From contig CM052817.1 of assembly GCA_028534125.1 (NCBI GenBank), positions 27,716,001-27,780,000 on the forward strand: a stretch of 64,000 nucleotides of DNA, given 5' to 3'. Source of the DNA: Lama glama. Its lineage: Eukaryota. Numbering within the stretch: position 1 is the stretch's first letter; each line of letters begins with the position of its first letter. The notes below the pieces were generated by a model. That model ran no database searches and had not been told where the DNA came from. It saw nothing but the letters and a program-made list of their open reading frames with translations. A program made the position numbers and the translations under genes. Positions 11,971-24,820 of this stretch are shown piece by piece.

Positions 11971-13187
11971 GAAGACAGTTTCTTTGGAGGCTAAATGATC
12001 ATCATCTAGAAACTGCCCACCTGCTTTTTAAATAAATACAGATGTCCACTCATTAATGGAATAGATACCTTTTGGTTAAGTTGTCTATAAAATCTGTTTG
12101 CCTCTTGATTTTCATTATGAAATTAAAGATGCATTTCTATAAAAAAAAAACTCTCATGAGATTAAACAAGGATTAGGAAAACTTCCAAGCATCATCATTT
12201 CTGGGCATCATTATCTTGCTGTGTTTGCTTGCTGCCTTGGCATTCACTTATCTGTTCCTGCTCCTCTGTAGCACTTACAGCCCATAGTGCAGTTCTAATG
12301 CCTCTCTCCAAGGAGAGGATTTTTTTTTTAATGCTAGGATCCCCTCACTCCATGCATAATGTTCTGAACTTTCCTCTCTTTTCCTTCTCCTGGGGCCTGA
12401 TGTGTGATGGTGTTGTGCAAGGTCATCGAGCACAGCATCTTACAGGTGCAAATGAACAACAGCGTCCATTTAGCTTTCCTGTTCTTCCTGTTTCCTCACT
12501 CGCACTACAGTCTCTTGCCCTGAAAACACCTCACCTAACATATTTTTTGGAGTCCTCCTCAAAGGTGAGCCCCACAACCTGAATGTCAGCTGTAGACACC
12601 ATTTGGTGTCTGCCATGTTCCTTTTCTCTTGCTTTGTCTCTTAGTTGATAATCCAGTGCCAAAGTCATCTCTCGGAGGACTTTCATCATCATCAATGCAG
12701 GTGGTGTCCACTGGGTGCTGCTGCTTCTAGACGCTCTCAAGGCAGCCAGCCCTCTGGAGTTTTCACCTCTGAGAAGTAGAAGAATGACCCAGTGCCAAGG
12801 GTTTTCCTGCATTTGGCCCTTTGGGCATTGAAAAGCACTGCTTGGGTTTCTCTTTTTGGATACAGTTCGTTTATTGTCTACTTGCAGCTTTGGAGTGATG
12901 GTTGACTTGACTTCTACCATTCCTACCAGTGTTTCAAAAATCTTAAGGACAAATTTTAATCAGAACTCAAATCTAAGATTCCATGAGCTTCTTGAACCTG
13001 TAGGTGCTCCTGCAAGGATGTGAATTATTCCACTGGAGAGATTTGGGAATGAGAGCCTTAAGAGAATGATCTCCATCTTACTCTAAGTCTCGCTGCTTTG
13101 TTGTCATGTAGGAGAACCTGCTACCCTAATGAAGCTGGCCCTTGCAAGTATCCATGGTAGTGTCAGCACATGGTTCACGTTGTGTTC

Positions 13188-13560
13188 CATTCATTCCTTT
13201 ATTCACCAGATCCACTGAGCACTTAATCCATGCAAGACGTTGGGGAGATAACAGTGAGCCATACAAACATGGCTCCTGCCCACCTGGCGCTCACCTGTGG
13301 TCTAGTAAGTGAGATGGATATCATGCAGACAAATGCACACTGGTCACACATGAGTCAAGAGCATTAAAGGAACAGCCCAGGTTTTCTGAGATTGCATGTG
13401 GAGGAAGAAGTGGGACAGCCTGCTGGGTTGTGGGAATGGAGCTCAAGGGCAGCCCCCCTAGGGGTCTGACAGAGAGGAAAGCTGAGACCTGAAACATGGG
13501 TGAAAGTTATTTAGGAGTAAAGAGGAGAGCAAGGTTAGTTTAGGCAGAGAATTTCTTAAG
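13188..13560 (-). mobile_element. L2 3' region
   Basis: cattcattcctttattcacc...ctgagcactta...acatggctcctgccc. Confidence 0.7.
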
Positions 13561-14524
13561 ATCAAGGTTTGAGGGACCTATAAAATACGTAAAACATTCA
13601 TTCATCACTAGCAAAATGGCTGAGTGCATCACGTAAACTTCAGTTTAAACATGGGTTGTAATAATGTCCAAAAAAACACTTCTTATTCCCAGTGACTCAG
13701 GACACATTTTCTTTGCACCTGCTTCCTGCTCTGTCAAAACCTGTGTCAAGTGAATATTAATAAGAATGCCGGGACTCTTTTGTTGAACAATTTTTTGGTC
13801 TAGTTTTGTTTATTTAAATCGTATCAAGAATCTAGTCCTTTGCTTAAGCTGTAGAAACCCGTGGTATGTTTTTCAAAGTGGTTGTCAGCTTCATGCTTTG
13901 GTAGGCTGGATCTGCTCTTGGGAAGCCTCTGAGTGTACGTACAAGGGGAACTCTGGATCCTGAGACACAAATGAGGGAAAAAAGGCATTTATAAGAAATT
14001 TCAGTACAGAGGCCATGCACATCAGGCGGAGGGGATGCAGCCTGACGACAAGCGTATTTAATGCCCTGTACAAAGGAATACATGATCTCTGGGAGCTGAA
14101 TGACCTTTCTGGAAGAGGGTGAGGCAGAAGCAGGAAGCCAAGGACTCCCCTGTGTGTGGAGCCTTTGGACCTGGTGGATTTCTCTTGAATCATGGACCCC
14201 CAACTTTGGTGGATGCCAGGAAGAAATAGCCAGCAGTAGCCTTTGCTTTTTGACAGATCCTAAAGCTTGTGAGTAAAAATAACCTGCATTCATGAGATTC
14301 ATTTCCACCACTTACAAACCCATCTCTGTTTCTCCTGAATCTAAGCCTGAGACACATAATTTGGATGTCCAAGCAACCTGTACTTTTGGGTGTTATGTAT
14401 GTGATGCCTTAAGTGTCCCTTTTTAATGCCAGTTTCGACAGAGTTCCCATATTTGTTTATAGAACAGTATTGACTTATACATCACAGTTTAAAACTGCCT
14501 CATGAACCATGCGTCAGTGTCTTG

Positions 14525-15040
14525 TTCATTTTTTCAGTCAGCACACATTTAATTGAGACACAGGCAATAAATACATGTATACGTAAAGAGAAATATGTCA
14601 ATAATATAAGTGCTAAGAAGGAAAAATGATGGTGATGGAGAGTGATGGGGTGGGAGGGCGCTGCTGGGTGCAGGGCAGCAGAGAAGACCTCTGGAGGAGA
14701 TAACATTGTAGCACAGGCCTGAAAGAAGCCCCACGTGGTTTTGTGGGGGAAGAGCATTTTGCACAGTGGGAGCTACAGATGCAGAAGAGCTGAGGAGTAG
14801 TATGCTTGGCTTGTTCAAGGAATAGTGAGGACAGTAACGGGAGTGGAGTGGGGCATCAGGACCGTGGCGGGGGCGGAGGGGGGCGGTAGGAAGGAAAATA
14901 CCTTAGGACATAATAGTCTGAGGGGTAGTCAGAAGCCAGAGCAAGTTGGGCAAGATACGGACATCGGGTTTTAATCTCTGGGTGATGGGCAGCCGTTGGA
15001 GGGTCTTGAGCAAGGCCTGACATGATAATCCAACTTAGGG
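14525..15040 (-). mobile_element. L2 fragment
   Basis: agaagacctctggaggaga...gcttggcttgttcaaggaatagtgagg...gcagccgttggagggtcttgagcaagg. Confidence 0.75.
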
Positions 15041-15929
15041 TCTAGCCAAGAGACCTCGGGGTGGCAGAGACCTTTGCTGTGGGGCTGGGCGTGGTTGTGC
15101 TTGTTGCTGGAAGGGTTCCAGGGCTCCCACCTCCCTTCAGTCCTGGCAGCCTCACTTCCATCAGTTTTACGTATTTGGCTTCTGGATAGATTTTGTTTTT
15201 CTCAAGGAAGGTTTTATTGTTTTAAAAACTTATGAAAATTATTATTTTATATTGCTTGTGATATTTAAAAAAATGAGTGGCAAGTGGAAAAATTAAACTG
15301 TTAGGAAATGAGTATCTCATAAATTTTACTCCACTGAGACAAAGACGGAAACTATTATGAAGGCGGAGTGGTCGTTCTGAATCTCAGTGGGACCATCTGC
15401 GTTTAAGCCAGTTAAATTGTTCCTCTGTGTCAACTACAAAGAAAAAGAGTGAAATTAAAAGTGAGGATTGTATAGGGAACTTATAATACTTTTAAGTTGG
15501 GTGGGAAAAGAGGTCTGTTCAAAACACTGGATTGTTCACATCCATCTTTAAGAGCACGTGTGTAGTCAAGGCAGGGATTCCTTGTACAGTGCAAAACTGA
15601 GGTTTAAAAACATACCTCATAAATTTACAACATTTTAAATAGCCCTTGTTGTCATTTTTGCTTCTTTCCCTTTGAATTACATGGGTGAATGGGAAAAATT
15701 CTAATATTTGAATTTTTAAAAATTTATATTGTAAAAGATTTTCATGAATTTTAAAATTTATTATCCTGGAGAGATATTGCCTTATCAAGTTGTTGCCTGA
15801 CATCTATCAAGTGACAGCAGTATGCTAGGGCCTATATTTTTAATGTAGTTGATTTAAACCTTTAAAACTCAAAACTTCAGTAAAAGTATGTCATTATTTA
15901 TAGGAAGCCTGCTCCCTGGCTGGCTCTGT

Positions 15930-16140
15930 GTGGAACGTTTTGCATGCATTCAACGTTTTAATCTCCACAACCACCCAGGATCTGGCATTATTTTTATCTA
16001 TTCCACAGATAAGGAAACTGAATCACGGAAAGTAAAGCAATTGACCCTTGCGTCATGAAGCAAAGGGGCCGTATTGCTGAGCTTGGCAGGTGAATCTGTC
16101 AGCCTCAAGGCTGGCCCTTTTGCTGCTGCACAGAGCCATT
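15930..16140 (-). mobile_element. MIR SINE
   Basis: tttaatctccacaaccaccc...acagataaggaaactgaa. Confidence 0.75.
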
Positions 16141-16792
16141 CTTCCAGGATGGGAAAGGTGGTTATCTGGAGTACTCTAGATCTAGGTGGCAGAGAGAAAT
16201 TTCACATGTCCTGTACCTTTGTGAAGATATATCTTTACTCGAACCTGTTATCCAGTGACTGCAAGAATTGTTCCTGATGCTCTGGGTTATGGAACCTTAA
16301 CGTGGCCATTTGGGGATTCTTTTGGCCATGGGTATTACCATTTAAAATAGATTTTTAAAAAGTTACACAATAAAACCTCAGAACTTTGATATCTATAAAA
16401 GAATACTAATGGTGCTTGCCAGCAAAGTGTGTCCCAGGATGTGAATCCCTTATATTGAGATGCATTTGTCAAAGTCTTCTCAAGAAATCAAGACATGTGG
16501 GAATGTCAGTCCTTAGGATATTCATTGCTCAAATAAATTTATTCCATAGTCCTGAAAACATAAAAGCCTTGTCCAGAGTCTTTGGATTTTAATGTTTGAA
16601 AAAAATGGAAATGGATTGAAAGTTAGATAGTAACACTGAAGGGGAAGGAGCTGACATAATTTGCATAATTTGTCTGAATGTGCTTAGGTCATGATGTGTT
16701 CATTATATGTTGATGGGATCTGAGGCTCTTCAGCTGGAGAGTCAGGTTGAGAAGGAACTGAAACAGCCCAGGAATCAGTTTGTCTTCAGTGT

Positions 16793-16862
16793 CCTCTCTC
16801 TTCCTTCTCTCTCTCCCCCTCTCTCTCTCTCTCTCAGCCTCTCTCTCTCTTGCTGTCTCTCT
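16793..16862. repeat. (CT)n-rich microsatellite
   Basis: Seen directly. Confidence 0.9.
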
Positions 16863-16899
16863 GTTGTCCTCCCTTCATCTGAAAGAAAAAAAAATACTA

Positions 16900-17841
16900 G
16901 GGTAACCAACAAAATTACAAAAGATGTAGGATAAGAAGTGAGGACCTAGCCAGTAATTTGAAAACATGTTGTAAGTTTACAAATATGAAAACAGTGCTTG
17001 ACCAGGAATTAGGCAGCTGATAATCAATCAAACTAGAAGGTCAAGAAACAGACTCACTTCCAGGTTGGAAAAGGAAACAGAATCAATCAAGAGGTGACTG
17101 GATGGATTATTCAAAAAATAATTTTTCTATCATTTTCTAATTCCTTAGGAAAAAAGAATGACAAAGTATTTTCTCATTACTTTCATCAAAATAAATTCCC
17201 CTTGGCGGAGATTTTAATGTAAAAACAAAACTCCATAAAATATTAGAAACAAATATCTTAGGATGGTAAAGAGCTTTCAAAGCATAAAAGTAGAAACAGT
17301 GAATCGATTTAAAATTTATTAAATTTTAATTAAGAACTTCTATATGATTAAATAAATAATACCCAATTGAAAGATGTATACACTTTGACCAAAATTTACA
17401 ATCATTTAAAAGTTAATATCTTTATTATATAGAGAGCCCTTATAAGTAGAAAAAGATCATCATTCCAATATCATAATTAAGTTCATGAATAGAAATTTCA
17501 CTGAACAACTGTTAAGTAAGTGTTTAAGAAAATACTTTTAATGTTGCAAGTAATCAAATGAATGCATATATATATATGTACATATATATATATATTTTTG
17601 CTTATCAGACTCTCAGAGATTATAAATCATAGTATTTAGCCTTGTTTGGGGTATAGGAAAATTGATACCATAGATGAGAGGGTTATATAATATTTCTGGT
17701 AAAAAATTTGGCAGTGTGCATCAGAAACTTTTAAAATGTTTACTGCTTTCACTACCTCAATAAAAAATAAATTGAAAAAATTGAAAAAAAGGAGTTTATA
17801 GCTTTCAACCCAGTAATTTCACTCAAATAATTAGGAAGGAA
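16900..17841 (+). mobile_element. Highly decayed L1M ORF2/3' region
   Basis: A-rich, with L1-like segments (caaaataaattcc, ggaaaattgatac, aatttggcagtgtgcatcag, tttcaacccagtaatttcact). Confidence 0.55.
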
Positions 17842-18341
17842 NNNNNNNNNNNNNNNNNNNNNNNNNNNNNNNNNNNNNNNNNNNNNNNNNNNNNNNNNNN
17901 NNNNNNNNNNNNNNNNNNNNNNNNNNNNNNNNNNNNNNNNNNNNNNNNNNNNNNNNNNNNNNNNNNNNNNNNNNNNNNNNNNNNNNNNNNNNNNNNNNNN
18001 NNNNNNNNNNNNNNNNNNNNNNNNNNNNNNNNNNNNNNNNNNNNNNNNNNNNNNNNNNNNNNNNNNNNNNNNNNNNNNNNNNNNNNNNNNNNNNNNNNNN
18101 NNNNNNNNNNNNNNNNNNNNNNNNNNNNNNNNNNNNNNNNNNNNNNNNNNNNNNNNNNNNNNNNNNNNNNNNNNNNNNNNNNNNNNNNNNNNNNNNNNNN
18201 NNNNNNNNNNNNNNNNNNNNNNNNNNNNNNNNNNNNNNNNNNNNNNNNNNNNNNNNNNNNNNNNNNNNNNNNNNNNNNNNNNNNNNNNNNNNNNNNNNNN
18301 NNNNNNNNNNNNNNNNNNNNNNNNNNNNNNNNNNNNNNNNN
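17842..18341. other. Assembly gap (500 N)
   Basis: Run of N. Confidence 1.
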
Positions 18342-18477
18342 GATTAGTGAAAAATTCATTACATTTTTCTTTATAGTAGTGTATAATTATGACATGAAAA
18401 TAAAATATAAAATATTAGGGAGGATATTAAATATTGAATTGGTATAAAGCTTCCAAGTAAAATCTTTTATAAAGCTT

Positions 18478-18810
18478 GATAGTGAAACTTAGCTTGATTC
18501 CATGAATATAACCTTTAATATCAGGTTTTACATTTGCAATGGCTTCATGTAATTCCTGATCAAGACTTGTTAATGATAGTTTCTTCAAATTCTTGATACT
18601 CATGATGGACAAGGAGCTGTGATTAAAAATTTAATACCATTTTTTACAACATTCAAAAATGTGTAATAGTTGAAGTTATAGTTAAAGACTCTAACAGCTC
18701 TTTCTTTACTTTCATTAACAAATATAATATTAAAATTTCTAATGCTGGTGAGAAAGGGTTTCTAATCCAGTCAAAGTTTCTCATATTAAGTATTTCAAAA
18801 TATACCGAAG
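18478..18810 (-). mobile_element. hAT-Charlie transposase C-terminal fossil
   Basis: Minus-strand translations YFEILNMRNFDWIRNPF and SIKNLKKLSLTSLDQELHEAIANVKPDIK, ending in a QA(Q)VSH-like remnant. Confidence 0.8.
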
Positions 18811-20039
18811 CTGTATTTTGCAGAATGTATGTGTGTTGTTAGAGCACACCAGGTGGTACAGATGCCTCCTGGGGAGGCACAGGGAGGAAAGTGGTTGTTA
18901 TATGTGAAGGAAGACTCTGGGCAGCACCAGAACGACATCCCCTGGAGCCCCTGCCAGCCCCCACCCCCACCCGCTGCCTCCAGCTGGCAGCACTTAGGGT
19001 AGCACTCCGTGCTCTTTGGGCATCTGGAATATGAACTACGTCAGCAGCAGCTCCTCGGCCTCACTTTCAGCATAGGCAGCAGTGTGCTCTGCCTCTGGTT
19101 GACAAGGTAGATGTCGCAGGTATACAGAACCTTCTTGTCTGTGCTTAGTATTTCTGGGCTGAGAATGAGTGCCAGGAGTCACTTTTTGTGCTTTTCCCAG
19201 GGGGACCATGAAAGGCATCCTCAGGCCCACTGTTGGGCAATGTAGAGCCCCTGTCAGGGCTGTCTTGGCCACAAATGGCTAGCTTGGGGTCTTCAGCTGT
19301 CCCAAGTCCTGTTCAAGGGCTGATCATTCACTTCCAGACACAGCTTTAAACGATTTGGAGCACACCAGGATACCAAGGCACACGGATTGGGAAGATACGC
19401 TTTCAGCCATTGTTTCCATGATGTGGATTCAAGTTCTTTTGTCATCATGGCCTCTCTCCGATGGTCATGTCGGGTTGATTTCCATCCTTTTCACAGCATG
19501 GTGCCCAGACCTACACCCCAGGTGCAGTCTAATCAGCAAAGGAGACCCCCAGGACCTTCACCTCTCTAGACAGAGATACTGTACTTCTGTGACAACATTT
19601 CTGGTGTCTACATCATGCTGTTGACTCATATGATACTTCTTGTATATTTTAGCTGTTAAGTGGGTAAGCTTGCTTGCAAACTAAGCCTGACCAAAAATGA
19701 CTGGGCCAGTGATTATTGTGTGAGCCAAAGGAAGAAACCATGGTTGAATACAGGGAGACCAGCTGCCTCTGAGGTAATAAAATTCTGCCACATGGATGGT
19801 AGCATCTGTTTCCTTGCCTTGGTGGATGACAGTGAGTACAGATACCAGTTAGAAGAAGAGGAGGTGTGTTACTCTTGGGAACTTAAAGAACCTTCTGATA
19901 CTCCATGCTGAGGAGCTTAACCTTGATTGTGTGGGCAACAGGGACCATTATAAGTGTTTGACAAGGCAAGCAACCTGATCCAGTTGTGCACGGTTATTTT
20001 GCTTTGGGTTAAGATTCTTTCTTGCAAATTCTCTCCTCC

Positions 20040-20505
20040 TTTCTAAATAAACCAGTTATACCAAAGTATGTATAAAGAAAACTGCACCAGTGTACACCTT
20101 AATGAATTATTACAAAATGAACACACAAGTCAACAAGTAGAGCCTTACCAGGATCTAGAAGATTTCTCACTTCACCTTCCCAGTCAGTTCCTCCTCCTCC
20201 CAGTCCAGAGGTAAACCACTCTCCTGACTTCTAATGCACAGATTAGTTTTGCCTGTTTTAGATTTTATAAATGGAGTCATACAATATACATTCTTTTGTG
20301 TCTAGCTTCTATTGTTTAAAATTATGTCTGTGACATCCATCTATACTGTTGAATGTGGCTATACTTTGTTCTTTTTCATTGCTATGTATTTCATTGTGTG
20401 AATATACCACATTTCATTTATCATTCTATTGTGACTCGGATATTTGGGTTGTTTCCAGTGTTTGGGTCTCACAAATACTGCTGCTAAGAGCATTTGTGTA
20501 CACAT
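20040..20505 (-). mobile_element. Old L1 (L1ME/L1MB-like) 3' region
   Basis: ccagaggtaaaccactctcctgacttcta...aatggagtcatacaatata...atttgggttgtttccag. Confidence 0.8.
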
Positions 20506-21299
20506 CAGTGGCCCGGAGGTATGATTTTACCCTGCTCTGCTGCTGCTTGGAACTGCTGTGCTCTGGAGGAGAGCCTGGGTGGTCTTCTCCCTGGGCACAA
20601 AGACAAGTAGTGGGGGAGATTCTTCTCAAGCCACTGGCAAAGACATTCTTCCCTACGTATATCCTGGAGTTGTCCTCTGTGAAATAACTACCTTGAATTT
20701 CTATTTTTTGAAGGTCGTTTTCTTTCTGTTAAATCCAGATCCATTCAAGGGAAGAAAGACTCAACACTGGGTCTTAAGTCACGACACAGTTTCTTAAGGG
20801 GCAGCCTGTGGGCTTCCATGAAGTAAAGTTTGGGCTCAGTTGTTGACTTTGGAGATGCCTTCCTAGTCTGAGAATCTATAAGGTAATGAGATATTGTAAA
20901 GGATGGAGTAAGAACCCCAGCAACTTTATCATTTCCAAATCTCTGTCTTGGTGATCATGTAAGCACCGCCATTTCATACTCTGTAGCATTGTGTTCTATC
21001 TTGGTTATTTATTTATGCCCATCTCTCTGACCAGATGGAGTCTCTTCAAGGATCCAGATGAAATCTTCATCTTCTTAGTTCCTAGCATGGTACTTTGCAC
21101 ATGGTAGGTTCTTTTCTTGAATTCTTTCCTCAGGGTCACCACTGGTATGCTGAAGAGAGGAGGTTGGAGATGGGCCCTGACAATACATTGAAACTTTGGA
21201 AGCATCTTCAGATATTCCAAATGTATTCCTCAGTGTTGACAATCCAGTTGAAGGATTTTGCCAGCATTCATCACAAAGGGAGTTAAACTAATAAAAACC

Positions 21300-21545
21300 A
21301 CATAGCTAATGCTAATGTAATTTTTCTATTGGCCAGGCACCATCCTATGTTTTTTTACATTTATTAATTCATCTAATCCTAATAACAATTTAATAAGATG
21401 TTATCATCCCCATTTTCAGATGAGGAAATTAAGTCTCCAACAGACTAAATAACTTTTCTAAAGTTAGCCAACTAGAAGGGCAAAACCAGGGAGGAAACCC
21501 AGGCAGCCTCACTGCAGGACCCATATTATAACCACTGCTCTACAG
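21300..21545 (-). mobile_element. MIR SINE
   Basis: atcatccccattttcagatgaggaaatt. Confidence 0.85.
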
Positions 21546-21709
21546 TGTTTCTACTAAGAAATGCGCAGGAAAGAAATACTGGTCGATTAGTTCTCAGTGG
21601 GGATTATTCCCACCTTAAGTAACAGGACAATTGCCTATGTGAGTAGTTTTCTGGATAAGGCCACACATATTCCCAATGGAAGCCTTGCGTGGTAGTTGAA
21701 TCCCCCGTG

Positions 21710-21945
21710 GCGGAGTGTTTGAGAGCATGGGTTCAGGAGACAGGGGCCGTGGATCTGAAGCCTTACTCTGCCTCTTATTGCTTGCAACTCTTGCAATTTA
21801 CGTGACCTCTCTGAGCCCTGACTTCCTTATCTGTAAACTAGGGATAGCCATTCTTACTTTTACAACATTTTTGAAAATGAAAAAAATGTATATAAAATAC
21901 TTCACATGGCTGCAAAATAATAAACACTCAGTAAGTGATAGTAAC
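21710..21945 (+). mobile_element. MIR SINE
   Basis: gacctctctgagccctgacttccttatctgtaaactagggata. Confidence 0.75.
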
Positions 21946-22125
21946 CATAGCAGCACTAGTAGTAGTAACAGTACTAGTAGTAGTGTCAGCTGTGGTGCCA
22001 TGAAGTGTCTTTTCTATCTAGAAATACTTCTTTTTTGAAAAACTGTTCATCTCTAGCCCTTTATAATCAAACCTTTTTTCTCTTGGGTAGTCTTGAAAGA
22101 AAATAGACTCATTTTTCTCCAGCAC

Positions 22126-22571
22126 TTTTTTTTTATCATAATAAAATGTACATAACATAAAAGTTACCATTTTAATCATTTTTAAGCCTACAGTTGTCTG
22201 GCGTTAAATACATTCACAGTGTTATGGAACAATCACCACTGTCCATCTCTAGAACAGTTTTCATCTTCCCAGATGGAAGATCTATACCACTTAGTAACTT
22301 CCCAGTCCCATTTGCCCCTGGCTCCTGTCAGCCACCATTTTGCTTTCTGCTTTTATGAATTTGACTACTGCAGGTACTTTATATAGACACTGTGTGTTGT
22401 ATTTGTACAGTGGAATATTATTCAGGCTTAAAAAGGAAGAAAATCCTGACGTATGCTGCAACGTGGATGAACCTTGAACCTTGAAAGCATTATGCTAACT
22501 GAAATAAGTCAGTCACAAAAGGACAAATATTGTATGATTCCATTTATATACGATACCTGCAGTTGTCAAAT
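22126..22571 (-). mobile_element. L1MB-like insertion with 5' inversion
   Basis: Antisense 3' end with T-tract (22126-22386) fused to the adjacent upstream L1 segment in sense orientation (22387-22571). Confidence 0.8.
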
Positions 22572-22719
22572 GATTAGATGATGTTTGCAATGTGTTGGCT
22601 CTGTGCCTCCTCACTGTAAGAACATTGAACATGGTAGCTGTAAGGACATCGGACGTGGTAGCTGTCCCTGTTAGTAGGCGTTGCTTCAAACCCTCATTCC
22701 CATTTACTTAGACAATGGC

Positions 22720-23170
22720 AATCATCTCCTGTTTTCCTGCATCCAATCTTGTCCCCATCAAATCCATCCCTTAAATTATTTCAGTCAGTATTAATTTTTC
22801 TCATAGCACACATCTTATCATCTTACTCCTCTTCTCAGAACACATTTAGTGTCTGCCTATTGCCTATTGTTTATGTTTCTAATCTCAGCACACGAGGTCC
22901 CCCAGGATCTGGCTCCAGCTCAATCGAATCCGTCTTTGGCTGCTTCCCCATTGAGCCCCATGTTCCTGAGCAAATGCCTTTTCTTCCCTGAACTTACCAC
23001 CCACTTGCACGAGTCTGTGGCTTTGCACACCCTCCTCCCTGTGTCGAAAATGTGTTCTTACCTCCTTGTCCTCTGACCACAGCTCATCCTTCGAGACTCA
23101 CCAGGTGACTTCTCCCCATTATCTCCCCGACCCCATCTTTTCCAGGACAGTTGACCATCTTCTCATTTGT
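22720..23170 (+). mobile_element. Degenerate L2
   Basis: Pyrimidine-rich L2-like segments (gtggctttgcacac, ctcatccttcgagactca). Confidence 0.55.
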
Positions 23171-23706
23171 GCTACTGTAACTCGCATGTTATCACAGGCA
23201 ATTCAAGTCTCCAGTCAATAAGAGAACCTGCTGTCAGCACTTGAATGTTTTTCCAGCATTGAAAATAACATAAAATTTCAAGGTCTAGTCTTCACCGGGA
23301 ATCCTGTCACAATACCATTTCCCCCCTAGATTGCTGTGTAGTGTTTTTTTAAATGTCTGCCTGCTGACTAACGTGAAACATGGGGAAAGGCCTGGGTCAG
23401 CCTTCTTTGCATTGTCTGGCATGACTCCTGATAGCAGGCATTTACTGAGCACCATCTGTGTGCAAAGCAGTGCTCCAGGGGCTGCGGGGATCATAAGGAA
23501 CAAAATTCCTGCCCTCCCGGAGGGAATCCTGTGCACTGCCCATCATTTTTCCAGTCTCTTTCCTACCCAAAGGCTGACATTACTCACTGAGTTTTCTGTG
23601 ATTAGTAACATAAAAGGGGGAAAAATCATTCAGAGAGAAAATATGAACTGTCAGATGAGAATGAAATTATAAGTGGTAAGAGGAGAATTAAATTAAGAGC
23701 AGTAAG

Positions 23707-23790
23707 CATCATGGATTTATAAAAACAAGTCATGTCAGACAAACTTAATTGCTTTTCCTGATAGAATTACCAAATTAGAGGACGGCGGTG
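23707..23790 (+). mobile_element. L3/CR1 reverse transcriptase remnant
   Basis: Translates HGF/KNKSCQTNLIAFPDRITKLED, matching the CR1 RT motif QHGFxKxKSCxTNLIxFxDxxT. Confidence 0.85.
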
Positions 23791-24215
23791 TACAATATCC
23801 TGAGAGCAGTTTCCTTCAACGGCCAGGCAATGAATATTATTTTTGAAGTTAACAGAGCCCTTGGAAATAGCATCTTTTGAAATTGTACGAAATGAATTAA
23901 AATTGACTTTGATGTGAGTCTGGTTCTCTGACTTGTTGACAGATTAAAGAGGAGAAAAGCTAAGGCAACTACAAACAATGTGGCACTAAGCGTAAAGACA
24001 TCGCCTACAGGGGCCTGAGGGTCTTTATTCAGAGGTGTTTATCCTGGTCATTATCAGGGTCAAAGTATGACTTTGTGACATTGAAAAGACAATGGGAGAA
24101 AATCACAGTACTTCGGGGAAATCATTGCATGGAGCCCAGGAATGAGACGGTTCTATGTTTCACCATAACGGTGTCATCCTGAGAGTGATGCCCAATATTC
24201 TGTGTGGTGCTTTAA

Positions 24216-24380
24216 AGCCTTGCTACTCACAGTGTGGTTTGCAGGTAGCAGGAGCCTGGGGAGCATCTGGGAGCTTGTGAGAAATGCAGACTCTCAACCC
24301 CCACCCCAGGGAATCTGAATCTGCATTTTCACAGTTCCCCAGGTGATTCATGTGCACTTTAAGCTTTGAGGAACACTGCT
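24216..24380. mobile_element. MER5A hAT-Charlie MITE
   Basis: gctactcacagtgtggt...gggagcttgtgagaaatgcagactctc...gaatctgcattttcac...ccccaggtgattc. Confidence 0.9.
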
Positions 24381-24659
24381 GGGTTTATTTCATATTATGC
24401 CGTATGACTTGATTTTTAGATCCTTCCCAGAGGTACGAGACATTGGTTTGATCTAATTAACCATGATTAAGCCCCAGCCTCAGTAATTCCATTATTTGTC
24501 CTTTTTACTTTCCTTAAAAATCAAGCGTGTGAAGCTGATGAGGTTGCATCCTTGGGGACGTTTGTGCACCTCAGTGGGTCGCACTGTCTTCCTCTGTAAA
24601 GAAGAACTAGTAACTGATGCCTCCTCACCATGTGTGATGTGCCACACCTACACTTGACC

Positions 24660-24820
24660 TACTCGCATCCTTTCCCATCACGGAGAAATATATTCTTATT
24701 CCCGTTTCATAGCTGTGGACACTGATGCTTGGAGTGTTAATATATTTGGCCTAAACTCATATTTTTAGTAAATGGCAGAACCAGGATTTAAACCTAGATT
24801 CTGTCCGACTCTTTGCTCTC
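24660..24820 (-). mobile_element. MIR SINE, degenerate
   Basis: ttattcccgtttcatagctgtggacactga...tagtaaatggcagaaccaggatttaaacctag. Confidence 0.7.

Noticed and set aside
12660..12760. EDFHHHQCRW / LLLDALK as a LINE endonuclease remnant
   Set aside because: Too short and degenerate to distinguish from chance.
15331..15390. ccactgaga...tctcagtgg inverted repeat as a pre-miRNA
   Set aside because: Only 9 bp of perfect stem; the interior pairs poorly.
17823..18359. 178-aa ORF
   Set aside because: Spans the N gap.
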